Shown here in pieces: positions 62,701 through 64,000 of a stretch of DNA of 64,000 nucleotides. The DNA is taken from positions 33,294,001-33,358,000 of the forward strand of contig NC_073385.1 of the NCBI RefSeq assembly GCF_028641065.1, read 5' to 3'. The DNA comes from Leucoraja erinacea (taxonomy: Eukaryota). Within the stretch, counting starts at the first letter, position 1. Each line of letters begins with the position of its first letter. Under the pieces are notes generated by a model. The model made no database searches. It saw only the letters and a program-made list of their open reading frames with translations, and was not told where the DNA came from. Made by a program: the position numbers and the translations under genes.

Positions 62701-62999
62701 CTCTTTTCTTCTCTGCTGGATCTATAAGTACTTTCTGTTTTTAATGCATCCAAGGCCATAGACTTTGGAGTCACGACTAGTGCCTGTGACTCAGGCAGGC
62801 TATACGGATGAGAACCAAGTCTAAATCTTTATAAGGATCACTTCATTCCAGCCAGCATTTGTGAAGCTGCAACAAGTCTTGATAGTGATCAATTTCAGTA
62901 GCTAGTGCTTCTTACAGCCTTACAGACATATAAAAATCCTGTCTTTGGAAAGTATTATTAAAACTGAAGATCCAGGGAACTACATATGGTGGTTTAAAA

Positions 63000-63175
63000 A
63001 AGAAAACACAGAGTGGCAGAATAATATGGCAGGTCAGGCAGCATCTTTGGAGAACATGGATCGGTGATGTTTTGGGTCAAGTCTGAAGAATGGTCCCGAC
63101 GACAAACATCACCTCTCCATATTGTCCAGTGATGCTGCCTGACTGACTGAGTCGCTCCACTATGTTGTGTTTCTG
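63000..63175. mobile_element. Palindromic Penelope-derived element
   Basis: Arms gtcaggcagcatc and gatgctgcctgac around gtctgaagaatggtcccgacgacaaacatc. Confidence 0.72.
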
Positions 63176-63529
63176 TTTTATCAATACAATTGAATTCCTT
63201 TACATTTGATTGAGAATTGGCAGAAAATAAACAAACATGAAGACAAATGTCAGTTAGGCTCTTGTGCATTCATTCACTTCTTGTGCATATGTGGTATAAA
63301 TATATACGCTCAATCAACTCTGAAGATTGGTGTCTTCATGTATAATTTCAGCATGCTTGTGTAAGAGGAAGACCACTTCACCTAACCTATAATGACGAAC
63401 ATCTTGCAGGGATTTTCCACAGAGGGACAGAGTGGTGCAGCAGGTAGAGCCTCTGCCACACAGCACCAGAGACCCAGGCTTGATCCTGATCTCGAGTGCT
63501 GTCTGTGTAGAGTTTGCACGTTCTCCCTT

Positions 63530-63835
63530 GTTTTTACTGGTGGTTGAGGGAGACCTGATAGAAGTATAAAAAATAATGAGAGACATAGATACGCAGATGG
63601 TCAGAACCTTTTTCCCAGGATGTAAATATCAAATACTAGAAGGCATTGCTTTAAGGTGAGAGGAGCAAAGTTTAAAGGAAATGTGTGGGACAGGTTTTTT
63701 TACACGGAAGATGGTGAGTGCGTGAAACACAATGCCAGGGGTGTAGACAGATTTAATAGTGACATTTGAGAAACGTTTGGATAGACACATGAATGTGTAA
63801 GGAATGGAGGGATATGGATTATTTGCAGGCAGGTA
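63530..63835 (+). mobile_element. CR1 3' fragment
   Basis: gagggagacctgatagaagtata (RGDLIEVY), ttaaggtgagaggagcaaagttt. Confidence 0.8.
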
Positions 63836-64000
63836 ATTTGGGACGGCACAGTGGCGCTGTGAGTTGCTGCCTTATTGCGCTTACAGTGCCAGAGATGTGG
63901 GTTCTATTCCAACTACGGGTACTGTCTGTACTGAGTTTTGCATTTGCCCTGTGACCGCGTTGATATTCTTCAAGATCTTTGGTTTCCTCCCACACTCCAA

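Overview
Eukaryotic, repeat-dominated DNA with no recognisable host gene, probably intronic or intergenic. The repeat set (many CR1 LINEs, HE1/V-type tRNA-SINEs, Rex1/Babar tails, Penelope derivatives) suggests a cartilaginous fish, probably a skate or ray; this is an inference. Recognisable elements: a near full-length but disabled CR1 (about 11.0-14.6 kb) plus many CR1 3' fragments, a complete non-autonomous Helitron (2804-4794), a PIF/Harbinger MITE (9796-10809), a decayed Gypsy pol, a DD34E Tc1 element, and L2, RTE, Rex1 and Penelope fragments. Most interesting signals: (i) more than a dozen short, often palindromic Penelope-derived elements carrying a minimal hammerhead-ribozyme core (CTGAAGA-stem II-GAAACGTY), with the catalytic core conserved at 27818-27845 (-) and 43983-44010 (+); (ii) a GC-rich non-autonomous retroelement family with one shared body but either L2-type or Rex1/Babar-type 3' tails; (iii) a 49-bp-periodic array of CTCF-like motifs; (iv) several local inverted and direct duplications. 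All calls come from reading the sequence by eye. Boundaries are approximate unless a TSD or terminus is quoted.
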